Position numbers and translations under genes: made by a program. DNA of 64,000 nucleotides from positions 81,840,001-81,904,000 of the forward strand of contig NC_043000.1 in the NCBI RefSeq assembly GCF_006345805.1, given 5' to 3'. Positions 11,530-24,189 of the stretch are shown piece by piece. This DNA is from Octopus sinensis. Taxonomy: Eukaryota. Below the pieces are notes generated by a model that saw only the letters and a list, made by a program, of their open reading frames with translations, was not told the DNA's origin and made no database searches. Numbering within the stretch: position 1 is the stretch's first letter; every line of letters begins with the position of its first letter.

Positions 11530-12728
11530 TGCATTTAAATCATGCTTTAGTCAAATTTACCATTTATAGATTGAAAAAAAAATCACTCCAAGTGCAATGA
11601 ATAAAGTAAAACTGTTTGACAGGACACATTGTGATATCAGTGTTACACTTTGCATTAAGGACTTTTTTGCATTCAAAAGAACAAGAAAAAGTCACAGGGA
11701 ACAAGATTGGGTGAATTGCGAGGGTGGGTTGGCATGTTTGGTCAAAACCTGTCAAATTCTCAAAGCCAGTGTATGCAGGTGCATTGTCATAATGAAACCA
11801 CCACTCTCCATTTTGCCACAGGTCATGGTGTTCTCATCTCACTGCATTTCTCAAAAGCTTCAGAACTGCCAAGTAAAATGTTTGGTTAACAGCTTGATCA
11901 GTAGGAACAAATGCTGTGTGGATAATTCCTTTTGCATCAATGAAACAAACCAGCATCCTCTTGACATTGAACTTCACTTGACACACTTTTTGGGAGTGTG
12001 GGGATATTGAATGCTTCCATTGACTTGATTGCTGCTTTGTTTCTGGGTCGTAGCCATAACAGCAGCTTTTGTCACCAGTGATGACCTTCAAAAAAAGGTC
12101 TGAATCAACTTCCAACTGTTCTTTCAGTTAATGAAACGCATTCAGTGGTGACTACTTTTGATCTGCAATGAGCAAGTGAGGCACAAATTTTGCTGCAACT
12201 ATTTTTACTCGCAATTCCTCACTCAAAATTCATTGGCAGGAGCTCCAGGACACACCAGTCATATCAACAAGTTTGTTAATTGCTTGATGATGTTCTTCAA
12301 GATTAGTTAACAAGTTTTCATTATGTTTTCTTTTGTTCATGAGGTCAACAGTTACCCTGAGCGTGGTTGGACTTCAAGGAACATGGGACCATTCCTAAAG
12401 CATAGAAACCACTCATAAACTTGTGCTTTGCTCATGGCAGTATCCTTGTAAGCTGTTTGAAGCATGACAACTGTTTTGGTCAACATTTTCCCCAGCAGAA
12501 AACAAGATTTCATGGAAGCATGCTGGTCTTTCATTTCAGCCATAGCAAAAATTGACCAACAGAGGAGAAGCACTGGAAAACAAAGATGCACTATGTGGCA
12601 GTACGACATCCCCCAGTGATGCCAGTTGGCAGACTGATGCCTGAAGGTAACCACATAAGTTGTGGAATCCTGCACTACATTGGGCTTATCCTGCAGAGAA
12701 CGTTTCTGGTTACTTTTGGTACCTCCTT
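11530..12728 (-). mobile_element. Mariner transposon remnant
   Basis: ORF 11834-12115 (KVITGDKSCCYGYDPETKQQSSQW...MLVCFIDAKGIIH) and ORF 12352-12675 (N-terminal HTH, TAMSKAQVYEWF); TIR-like end TTTCTGGTTACTTTTGGTACCTCCT next to TA. Confidence 0.9.
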
Positions 12729-12761
12729 ATATATAGATATGTATATGTATACATACATACA

Positions 12762-12844
<83 letters not shown>

Positions 12845-12845
12845 C

Positions 12846-13130
12846 TCTTTTACTCTTTTACTCTTTTACTTGTTTCAGTCATTTGACTGCGGCCATGCTG
12901 GAGCACCGCCTTTAATCGAGCAACTCGACCCCGGGACTTATTCTTTTGTAAGCCCAGTACTTGTTCTATCGGTCTCTTTTGCCGAACCGCTAAGTAACGG
13001 GGACATAAACACACCAGCATCGGTTGTCAAGCAATGCTAGGGGGACACAAACACACATATATATGCATATATACGACGGGCTTCTTTCAGTTTCCGTCTA
13101 CCAAATCCACTCACAAGGCTTTGGTCGGCC
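12846..13130 (-). mobile_element. SINE family A, 5'-truncated
   Basis: Reverse complement of the family A body with (AAAGAGT)n-like tail. Confidence 0.85.
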
Positions 13131-13569
13131 CATATATATATATGCTTATACATTTATATATGTAAAGGCACATGGCTTGAGCTTTGAATTGTGGATTGTG
13201 AGTTCGATTCCCGGACAGGGCTGCATGTTGTGTTCTTGAACAAGACACTCTATTTCACGTTGCTCCAGTTAACTCAGCTGTAGAAATGGGTTGCGACATC
13301 ACAGGTGCCAAGCTGTATTCGCCTTTGCCTTTCCCTTGGATAACATCGGTGGTGTGGAGAGGGGAGGCTGGTATGGATGAGTGACTGCTGGTCTTCCATA
13401 AAAATAACCTTAGGTTGTGCATTTGTCAGTGAGACGACTTTCTGCCCAGACTTCTACTCCAGTGAGGAACCTAGGTCATTCGTGTGACCAACGAAGTTGA
13501 GTTTACATGTATATATATACATATATATATGATATATATATACATTCATATATATGTGTATATAAATCC

Positions 13570-14135
13570 TACCTGGGACGTAGTCAGTCCACCTGTGCAT
13601 ACCTTCCTTCTTGTGACACTTGTGAAGACCTGTTGAGGCAAGTGAAAATCAAATCAAATCAAATCAAACCAAATCAAAATAGATGAACATCAATGGAATT
13701 TGTATCCTTGTGGTACCAGTGCCAGTGGCACATAAGAAAACCATCCGAACGTGACCGTAGCCAGTACCGCATCAACTGACCTCCATCCGAGCGTGGCCGT
13801 TCGCCAGCCTCGTCTGGCACCTGTGTCGGTGGCACATAAGAAAACACCATCCGAGCGTGGCCGTCTGCCAGCCTCGTCTGGCACCTGTGTCGGTGGCACA
13901 TAAAAAACACCATCCGAGCGTGGCCGTCTGCCAGCCTCGTCTGGCACCTGTGTCGGTGGCACATAAAATCACCCACTACACTCTCGGAGTGGTTGGCGTT
14001 AGGAAGGGCATCCAGCTGTAGAAACACTGCCAGATCTGACTGGCCTGGTGCAGCCTTCGGGCTTGCCAGACCCCAGTTGAACCGTCCAACCCATGCTAGC
14101 ATGGAAAGCGGACGTTAAACGATGATGATGATGAT
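13570..14135 (+). mobile_element. RTE 3' UTR module: (AAATC)n, ~60-bp tandem repeats, GGAAGGGCATCC box, (GAT)n tail
   Basis: GTGAAGACCTGTTGAGGCAAGTGAAAATCAAATC is followed by three near-identical ~60-bp units (CCATCCGAGCGTGGCCGT...GGTGGCACATAA) and the shared tail. Confidence 0.8.
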
Positions 14136-14860
14136 GATGATATATATACACACACACACATACATACATACATACATACATACGTACATAAATACATATT
14201 TATTTATAAACCACCCTATATTATTACTGTAGTTATTAACCTAGAACGACCTTGTACCATTATTTAAATTTTACTGTCATAATATGCTTACTGCTTCTAT
14301 AAGCTGTGAGCTTCTAAACTTTGAAAATTTTCAACAACTGCAAGTAAGCAATAAATTATTCATAAGTCCTGGGATTAGACGCACACTCACGCATACATGC
14401 ATGGTAGAAATCAGCTCATGACTGAATAAGACCGCTTTCTGAGCTCAATAAGTCTGTGCAAATGTTCAGAGACTCCAAGAAGTTCTGGCACCTGAATTTG
14501 TTTTGAGTGAATAAAGTGCTGCACAGCACTGAACTCACTTTTCAGCATTATCAGATATAAAACTAGTGACACAGCAGTGGTTGGATGACCAGAAACCAAC
14601 TGCACTTCAGGTATTTTATACAAGTTTACCTTCTAGAAGGATGTTCTAATGAGAACTACATGTCCTTTAATCCCAGTGGTTCATTTGCTGGGGCCCTGAC
14701 AGGTGCTGTTACTCTGGGTCTGATTAGACCTGGGAACAACAGTGGCAAAGAGGTAGTTCCACATTCCTCAAAAGCCTGCTATTCCTACCTAAGGGTCCAA
14801 CTACCAGATGCAGTTTGATGTCATACATAGATTCATACATGCATGTATGCACATATACAT

Positions 14861-15434
14861 ACAAGAAAAACTGTACAGCTGTGGAAATCAGCTACCCAGC
14901 TGATATTAACATAAAGCTAAAGATCAGTGAAAAAGAAAATACCTACACTGATCTATTGAGAAATCTTGGGTTCCTCTATCCAGACTACAAGTTCAGGTTT
15001 ATACCTGTAATTATTTAGGGCACTGGAATATGTAACACACTGCCTAAATACCAATCTTGAGAAATTAGGCATCTCAAAACCAGAAAGGAGAAAGCTGATT
15101 CGAAAACTACAGATCCAATCCATCACTGGAAATGTAAAAATCTGTAAAACTTTCCAGAAGTTTATCATTTAAATATATATGAGCATGTCTAGACATGCAA
15201 CTATATGCCTGAGAATACATACATAAAACAAAACATACAAATCTGAACAGATACACACATACATACATACATACATACGTACATACATACATACATACAT
15301 ACATACATACATACATACATACATACATACATACCCTATTGATGATGAAATTCCAGTGAAGGAGACTTGGATCTAGGTAAGAAATTGGCTCTTTCTCTAT
15401 TGGTTAGAAATTTTGAAATAAAACTAAATAATGA
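14861..15434 (+). mobile_element. R4/Dong-like RLE LINE, 3' fragment, bounded by (CATA)n
   Basis: Encodes VEISYPADINI.LKISEKENTY.DLLRNL...LQIQSITGNVKICKTF (restriction-like endonuclease C-terminus); 3' UTR GGAGACTTG.ATCT...GAAA..GGCTC followed by CATA repeats. Confidence 0.8.
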
Positions 15435-15471
15435 CATACATACTTATGTACATACAAGCATACATACATAT

Positions 15472-17556
15472 GTACAAACTGTACACAAGTTGCCTCAACC
15501 AATTCCTCAAGGACCATTATGAGTTGAACAACATTGTGACTGATGCACAGGCTGGTGGAAAGAAGGGAGTGTGGCGATGTGCTGAACAACTTTTAATAAA
15601 CAAAGTTGTATTATCTGAAGTAAGAAAACAACACAGAAACCTTGTGACAGTATGGCTTGACTATAAGAAGGCATTTGACTCTGTCCCTCATTCATGGCTG
15701 TTGAAGTGCCTACATCTGGCAAAGGTACCTACTACCTTAATTGCTGCTATAGAGAGGCTCACAGAGACATGGACAACTATTCTTACCCTTACAAGTGAGA
15801 ACAAGATAATTGTTTCTAATAGTATAGGCATTACAAAAGGAGATAATCTTTCTGTACTTTTCATTTTGGCACTGAATCCATTATTGTTTCTACTGCAGAA
15901 AACAAATGGTTACATGCTAGGATCTCCAACTGCCAGAAATATCAATGTAACTCACAATTTCTTTGTAGATGACCTGAAGATTTATGCTAAAAGTGTTAAC
16001 AATGCCAAAAAACAACTGGAATTAACAATATTTTCAGCTGATATAGGCATGGAATTTGGCCAAAAGAAATGTTCATATTTGGTTATAGAATGAGGAAAGT
16101 CAGTCCTCAAAACCCAAAACCTATACATCAATGGTCTCTCTATCTCCCCCATTCCACACAAAGAATGTTACAAGTACCTAGGCATAGACGAAAATGTATC
16201 ATATGAATGCACTGGGAATAAAGACAATGACCCGAGAATATTACACCAGACTTAGGAAAGTGTGGCAGTTGGAACTCTCCTCTTACAACAAAACAATATC
16301 CCACAATGCATTTGCAGTACCAGTGCTGATCCCAACATCTGGGATACTCGATTGGTCTGTAGAGGAAATCCACTCCATAGATATCAAAACCCACAAAATC
16401 CTAAGAAGAAATGAAGGTTGTAGAGGCTTGAGATTTGCACAGATGGCCTTCAAATACCATATGGTATTACTCAGGCAGCACCTAAACAACAGCAGCAAAA
16501 CTAAATATATTAGTGCAGTCCTGAAAAGTGAAGTGAGCAACAGTGTACAAGTTGGCAGTGAACTCCTCAAGAAACACTCTCTTCTTGATGATCTTATATA
16601 AAGCCTCAAAACAGCTGGGCTCTCTTACCTCAGAGAAGACCTGGATTGAAAGCACTCAGCATGCAAAAAAAGACCATGCATGGTTATGTTGCCTAGAAGC
16701 TTCAAGAAGACAGTAGAATTGACACAAAGCACAGCCTCTGTTGGGTACAAGACCACTTCATCACATCACACTTTGAAGGTTATGCATTTGTAATCCAGGA
16801 ACAGGAGATTGACACAAAGTACCTGGTGAACAAGAGAGACAGTGACATTCTTGTAATCCCAAGGTGCAACCACATGTGTAGGTTGTGTCATGTTTCTGTG
16901 GAAGACATCACGCATGTGATTAGCAGCTGTCCTAAAATGTCACTACCTTCCTATGTGTCACGATGTTGTTGCTAAAACAATTATAACACCATCCGCAAAA
17001 AAGACTGTCCTGAAATAAACTTAGAAAATCACTTTGTTATGGAATACATTCATAAACACCAACTCAAGGAACACTGATGGAATATTCCCATTAAAACTTC
17101 TGTCAAATGTAAACATGATAGGCTGATATTGTTGTCTGGGACAGAGGGGCAAAGGTATGTGCCATCATAGAGGTTAGCTGCCCTGCAGATATAAATATCT
17201 CTTTGAAAATCAGAGAGAAAGAGAATGTCTATGGACAACTGCTTCGAAACCTCTAGCTTCTATATCCAGACTGAATTCATATTCATACTGATAATAATTG
17301 GAACACTAAGTTTTGTTAGTAAGTGCTTAAAGGAGAATCTGGATAAACTGGGATTTTCAGAAACAGAAATTGACCAGCTTATTCATACATTACAAGTGCA
17401 ATCTGTGAGTGGAACAGTAAAAATATGCAAGACTTTTCTCAAATTCCAAATGTGAATTTGTCTGTGTTAACTACATCCCAAAGACGGAGACTTGTATCTT
17501 TGTTGGAAACCAGCTCCCTCAGTGGAAGATTTATAATAATTAAAAAATAGAAGAGA
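15472..17556 (+). mobile_element. R4/Dong-like RLE LINE, 5'-truncated and decayed (RT, CCHC knuckle, RLE)
   Basis: RT motifs (EQLLINK...WLDYKKAFDSVPHSW, GDNLS, FFVDDLKIY), CRLCHVSVEDITHVISSCP zinc knuckle at ~16876-16930, RLE remnants at ~17115-17450; (CATA)n on both sides. Confidence 0.9.
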
Positions 17557-17706
17557 CATACATACATACATACATACATACATACATACATACATACATA
17601 CATACATACATACATACACACATACATACATATATACATACATACATACATACATACATACATACATACATAAATACATACATACATACATGCATACATA
17701 CATACA
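17557..17706. repeat. (CATA)n tetranucleotide microsatellite
   Basis: Direct sequence; similar arrays at ~15255-15333. Confidence 0.95.
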
Positions 17707-18299
17707 TGGGACCACAAAGAAAAGATAAGTTCTATTGTGGAAATCAGCTGTCTTTTGGACACCAATGTGGTTAGAAAAATACAAGAGAAAGAGGACATCT
17801 TTGAAAATCTAGTACCCAAGATATACTTTCAGCCTCATATTTGATATTTATTATTATTGGAGCTACAGGATATGTAGCAAGCTGTCTGAAGTAAAATATA
17901 GCAGAACTTGAGATCTTGGGGAGAGACTGCAAATCCTTAATTTTTACGCAACAAATGATCATGTCTGGGACTATAAAAATCTGCAATCTTAAGATTTAAA
18001 AGGTGATGATTAAAACAAGATGCTTTCCTTCACAACCTTGCTACCAAAATTAAAAAAGAGAAAGAGAAGTACATCCATTCATCTGTCCATCCATCCATCC
18101 ATACATCCATCCATCCATGCATGCATGCATTTATACATTTAATGTAGTAAATTCCCCAAACAAATAGAGTATTGGATAGAATGCCTTGAGATTCTAAAAC
18201 TCTGTCCTCAAAATCAACTTTGCCTTGTATTCTTTTGGGATTGATCATCTAAATGGAGAGATTGGTGAAACTAATCTACATCAATAGGTGCAGTAGTGG

Positions 18300-18753
18300 T
18301 TGTCCAACTGCATGGCACCTAGGGCAAGTGTCTTCTTCTATAGTTTCAGGATGACCAAATCTTGTGAATGGATTTGGTAGATGGAAACTAAAAGAAGCCC
18401 ATTGTGTGTGTGTTTGTGTGTGCATGTGTGTGTGTATGAGCATGTGTGTGTATGTGCATGTGTGTGTGTGTGTGCATGTGTGTGCATGTGTGTGCATGCC
18501 TGCGCATGTGTGTGTGTGTATATTTATAGCTATGTGTGTATGTCTTGTGCCCATGTTTGCCCCCCACTACTGCTTGACAACTGGTGCTGGTTTGTTTACA
18601 TCCCCATAACTTAGTGGTTTGGCAAAAAGAGACTGATAGAATAAGTACCAAACTTAAAAAAAGTCCTGAGGTCCATTCATTTAACTAAAAGGTCTTCAAT
18701 GCAGTGCCCCAGCATGGCCACTGTCTAATGACTGAAACAGATAAAAGATAAAG
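18300..18753 (+). mobile_element. SINE family A, older copy
   Basis: GGCAAGTGTCTTC...GATTTGGTAGATGGAAACT...AATGACTGAAACAGATAAAAG. Confidence 0.75.
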
Positions 18754-19128
18754 GCCTATTTAGATGGATGTATAACTATATAGGTACATAACAAAGCAGT
18801 TATCTTGATAGATAAATACAAAGGTCGATAGCAACCCAACATTTTAGCTAGCTGTAAAAGTAGATTGCAAACCAGTCAGCTAGCCAGATTTTTAACTACA
18901 CAAGTAGATGGCAGGCTTGCTACTTGGCTAGTTATCCATCCAAATAAGAGTTTTCAATTTGCAGTTCATAATAAAATATCCAGGGGCACGCAGAAAAGCA
19001 TATTATGATGGGTATCAACCATTAGGTTGGTGACAGAAAAAGCATCTAGCTGTAGAGAATCCGGCTCCATAAATTCCGTCCAACCTATGTATGGAAAAAG
19101 GGGAGATTAAAATGATGATGACGATGAC

Positions 19129-19163
<35 letters not shown>

Positions 19164-19553
19164 GGATGATGATGATGATTAAGGTTTGTATGTGTATATG
19201 CAGTTGTTTATTCCAGTTGTTTTCTGTCATGTTGCATTAATTAATGTTTAATCAAATTTATTCTGTTAATCTGGAGTTTAATTTTCATTTTTATGCTCAG
19301 TTGGTCTATGAAAATAGTCAGCAAATGAAGGAAACCAGTGGAAAACCCAAGATCACCACCATCATCATCATCTTCATCATCATCATCATTTTAACATCCA
19401 TGTTTCCATGCTTGCACGAGGTGGACTGAATTTCTTGAGGCAGATTTTCTACATAGTGGCACATAGGGCACATAGTTTCTATTACAGATCTAGAAAGATA
19501 TATATAAACATAGATAACAAGAAAGATAGCTAGACGAATATTCACATACATAA

Positions 19554-19596
<43 letters not shown>

Positions 19597-19622
19597 TATG
19601 AAGAGAGAGAGAGAGAGAAACT

Positions 19623-19676
<54 letters not shown>

Positions 19677-19777
19677 TGAGAGAGAGACAGAGATAGACAG
19701 ACACAGGAAGCCAGTTGAACATAATTATATGGGTTGATAATAACCCAGTTCAATAGATAGATAGATTGATAGATAGA

Positions 19778-19812
<35 letters not shown>

Positions 19813-20699
19813 TAAATTAGCTATAGAGAGTGTATAAGCAGATAGCAAGAATTTTACCCATATATATATATATATATACACACATATATACATATATATA
19901 TATATATATATAGATAACAAGCTATATAAATATATATATATATATATATAATATAAATAATATATAAATATATACATATATACATACATATATGTACATA
20001 CCTACATATATATGTATATATACATGCATATATGGGTACAGGACATCAAAAAGATGTTGAACACAATGAGAAATGAAAACATAAAAACAAAAACATAATA
20101 TATGTATATTGTTATATATTTTTTCTTTTACCAAATAAACACACACAATATATATTCATTCTTCGCTCATTTATTTCTGTTCTTAATTCATCTTAATTGA
20201 AATCTTTTGTCACACATCTGTGACCTCTTCAGCGACCCTTTCCATGCATGTGTATCCTCCTGCTCTACTTAGTCCAATCTCTAATGGACTAAGATAAAAT
20301 AAGAACAGTAATAAACAAGTGAAGAACAAATATATAGTGCATGTGTTTATTTGGTAAAAAAAAAAAAAGTGACCACCCCGAAATATAACACTATCTGTTT
20401 CAACATGGTTTTACATCAGAAATCTGTGCAACACAAATTCGTAAATATATGCATATATATATATACATATACATATATATATACCAGTACCACCTGACTA
20501 GCCCTCGAGCCGGTGGCACATAAAAGCACCCACTACACTCTCAGAGTGGTTGGTGTTAGGAAGGGCATCCAGCTGTAGAAACTATGCCAGATCAGATTGG
20601 AGGCTGGTGCAGCCATCTGGTTTGCCAGTCCTCAGTCAAATCATCCAACCCAAGCTACCATGGAAAGTGGACGTTAAACAATGATGATGATGATGATGA

Positions 20700-20750
<51 letters not shown>

Positions 20751-20778
20751 TTTATATTATACATATAAGAATCTTAGC

Positions 20779-20812
<34 letters not shown>

Positions 20813-21225
20813 AATGGAACTAGCATGCTAGGTTGATAGATAGGCATAAATATATAGTTGGATAGTAAATCATCTCCCTAGTTAGCCAAGCAGATAGGTG
20901 AAGAAGGCAGGAGAGAGACAGGGGGAGAGAGAGAAGTAGAGAGTGGGAGAGAGAGAGAGAAAGAAGAGGCCAAGAGGTACAGCAATAAAGAGATAGAAAG
21001 ACAGAAAGAGCTGAGGCCAGCAGACAGACACAGAACAGATCAATGGAGACAAGAGTTTAACAGCAACACCTGTCTAGAATAATTCCATACACACTTCCGA
21101 CTTAACTAAACTGCGAAACACACACACACACACACACAACCTTCTCTTTTCCCTTCTCTCACTCCACGACTATCTGTGTCCACACACATTTTCATTCTTT
21201 TTCCATTCTCTGTCTAACCTATGTA

Positions 21226-21240
21226 TTGATCTGTCTTATC

Positions 21241-21316
<76 letters not shown>

Positions 21317-21329
21317 CATCCATCCATCC

Positions 21330-21411
<82 letters not shown>

Positions 21412-21560
21412 ATATTTATCTATATACTTATCTATCTAGCTAGCTATCTGTCTATGTTTGTCCGTCTATCTGTCTGCCTGCCTGTCTCTTTTTCTCTCTC
21501 TCTCTCTATCTATCTAGCTATCTATCTGTCCGTCTGTCTGTCTGTCTATCTCAACAATTT
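21226..21560. repeat. (TCTA)n/(TCTG)n microsatellite
   Basis: Direct sequence. Confidence 0.95.
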
Positions 21561-22124
21561 ACATATCCTAACTTCCTTCTCTAAACTCACTCCTTCACTC
21601 CAAGATATTAAACATGGATGATCACACACACGCACATGCGTGCATACACACACACGCACACACACACAGCTTGAGTTGCTGGATATTCCCTTCATCAGCC
21701 ATTGACAGGTAATCACAATATTGTCATCACCTTGAGATTCAAACAGTATCTGTGCTGCTAGCAGTGCAGTACTGGAAAACAATGAATTTACCAGACAAAT
21801 TTCTGGGTTCTTTTAACCTATGTCATGCCAACTTAATTTTCCTCCTTTCATCCATGCAGCTCCCACCACCAAAAAAGGGTGCAAATAAAACCCCTTGCCG
21901 GTGAGGCTTAGTTTGCAGCCATACCAACTCCACATCCAGACAAGAGTTAACAGTAACCATGCATCATTTGCATCAACTGTTTTGTTTTACGGCTTCATCA
22001 TCATTGTCATCGCTGTGATCATGATCATCATTGTCGTCATCATCATCATCATCTTCAACATCATCAGTGTCATCAGCATCATCATCATCATTGTTGTCGT
22101 TGTCATTCTCTCTCTTTCTCTTTC

Positions 22125-22530
22125 ACTTTTACTTGTTTCAGTCATATGATTGCAGCCATGCTGGAACACCGCCTTTAGTTGAGCAAATTGACCCCAGAAC
22201 TTATTCTTTGGAAGCTTAGTACTTATCCTATAGGTCTCTTTTGTCAAACCACTAGGTTACGTGGACGAAAACGCACCAGCATTGGTTGTCAAACAATGTT
22301 GAGGGGACAAACACAGACACACAAACATATACACACACATACATACATATATATATATACATATATACGATGGGCTTCTTTCAGTTTCCATCTACCAAAT
22401 CTAATCACAAGGCTTTGGTCGACCCGAGGCTATTGTAGAAGACACTTGCCCAAGGTTCCACGCAGTGGGAATGAACCCGGAACCATGTGGTTGGTAAGCA
22501 AGCTACTTACTACACAACCACTCCTGCGCC
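22125..22530 (-). mobile_element. SINE family A, near full length
   Basis: Minus strand starts GGCGCAGGAGTGG with B-box GGTTCATTCCC and has the complete body and tail. Confidence 0.9.
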
Positions 22531-22984
22531 TATCATCACCATCGTCATCTTTGTTGTTGTCATTATCATCATCATCATCATTGTCATCATCGTAATTGTC
22601 GTTGTCGTCATCATCCACTTTTCCATGCTTGCATGGGTCAGACAGAATTAGGTAAGCAAGATTTTTCTATGGCTGGATACTCTTCTTGATGTCAACCCTC
22701 ACCTGTTTCCAAGCAGGGAAATATGTTCCCAATAGCAAAACACATTTCACAGAAGACTGGAAATTCTTTAAGGCAGTGCCTCAGCATGGATACAGTTTAA
22801 TGACTGAAACAAATAAAAGTAAAAGATATATACACACAGGCATGGCTGTGTGGTAAGAGGTTTGCTTCCCAATTATATGGTTTCAGATTCAGTCCCACAG
22901 TATGGCACCTGGGGCAAGCATCCTCAACTATAGACCAGGCTAACTAAAGCCAGCTTGTCAATATATGTGTGTATGAAATCAAAT

Positions 22985-23440
22985 TCGATGACTGGCATCC
23001 ATGCTAGTGGTGCACTAAGAGTACCATCTGAGCGTAATTGTTGCCAGAGCAGCTAGCTGGCTTCCGTGCCGGTGGCACGTAAAAAGCACCATTCGTGCGT
23101 GATCATTACCAGCATCACCTTACTGGCACATGAAAAAAACATTCTAGTGAGGTCGTTGCCAGAGCCGCTGGACTGGCTCCCATGCAGGTGACACGTAAAA
23201 AACACCATTTGAGTGTGGCCGTTGCCAGTACTGCCTGACTGGCCCTCATGTTGGTGGCACTTAAAAGTACCCACTACACTCTCAGAGTGGTTGGCTTTAG
23301 GAAGGGCATCCAGCTGTAGAAATTCTGCCAGATCAGATTGGAGCCTGGTGCAGCCATCTGGTTCACCAGTCTTCCATCAAATCGTCCAACTTATGCTAGC
23401 ATGGAAAGCGGATGTTAAATGATGATGATGATGATGATGA
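22985..23440 (+). mobile_element. RTE-3'UTR/SINE-like module with degenerate ~60-bp repeats and (GAT)n tail
   Basis: Repeated GGTGGCACGTAAAAAGCACC-like motif, GGAAGGGCATCCAGCTGTAG box, GAT tail. Similar modules at ~20490-20700, ~28990-29520 (-), ~38320-38615 and ~58010-58250 (-). Confidence 0.8.
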
Positions 23441-23664
23441 TGTGCATGTGCATGTGTGTGAGTGTGTGTGTGTTTGGGTCTCCTTGTCTTGACACTGAGT
23501 GCTAGTCGTAAATGAATGTCCTTACAGCAGTGTCATTCATTTCTAATATCCTGCAAAAACATTTCTAGCCATGGAAAAATATTGCTTGGAAACAAGTGTG
23601 AGTTGGCAACTGGAAGAACATCCAGCCATAGAAAATCTACTTCAGTAAATTTCAGTTGAGAAAG

Positions 23665-23935
23665 GCACTGAGCACTCTGCCTACAACACCAAGGCTGAGT
23701 TGATGGCCAAGATCAAGGAGGCATTCAAAGATCTGAGAGACACACTGAGGAATGCATGTGCTAGGTTCCAGAGACATCTTGAGGTTATGGTGGGAGCTGA
23801 GAGCAGCTGTTTTGAGTAAACACTTATCTCCAAGCCATTTCTAGTTGATATTTTTTGATTTTTTAAAATACTTTTACTTTTATTTTGGATAATTTCTTTT
23901 TGTTTTATGCAAACTTTCAAATTTAGCTGGAATGT
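23665..23935 (+). mobile_element. Tc1/mariner 3' fragment (same family as 1141-2576)
   Basis: CAACACCAAGGCTGA...AATGCATGTGCTAGGTTCCAGAGACATCTTGAGG matches the reverse complement of ~1240-1380. Confidence 0.7.
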
Positions 23936-24017
23936 CCAGTAAGGACAATTCACCAAATAATTTGTTTTTTTTGTTCATTATCAACAGCTGTAACAAACAA
24001 CGGATGACAACACTATA

Positions 24018-24051
<34 letters not shown>

Positions 24052-24189
24052 ATGTCATCCTTCCTTTCATCGTCATTATCATCATCTCCAGCTTCATCGC
24101 CACTACCATCATCCTTATTCTTATAAATTAAAATTGCTAACAAGACCACTTTAACCACTATCAGTCAATCAGTCATCATCTTTTTCATT

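Noticed and set aside
13760-13965. CRISPR-like repeat/spacer appearance of the ~60-bp units (also 23050-23280, 29150-29420, 54640-54900, and the 51-bp LTR array)
   Set aside because: The inter-motif sequences are homologous to each other rather than unique spacers, there are no cas genes, and the context is eukaryotic retroelement UTR or LTR.
14411-14623. 70-aa minus-strand ORF of ordinary composition as a possible host terminal exon
   Set aside because: No polypyrimidine acceptor, no recognisable homology, and a length expected by chance.
15335-15395. TTGATGA...GAAA in the R4-like 3' UTR as a possible ribozyme
   Set aside because: The homologous UTR at ~17470-17515 lacks the CUGANGA half, and helices cannot be drawn.
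20205-20237. Hammerhead relic on the minus strand (CTGAAGA-GGTCAC-AGATGT-GTGAC-AAAA)
   Set aside because: Helix II and half the core are present, but GAAA is degraded and no helix I or III partner is found; at most a dead PLE relic.
20385-20425. Minus-strand CTGATGT...GTTGAAACAGATAG resembling a hammerhead
   Set aside because: A9 is missing and no convincing helices form.
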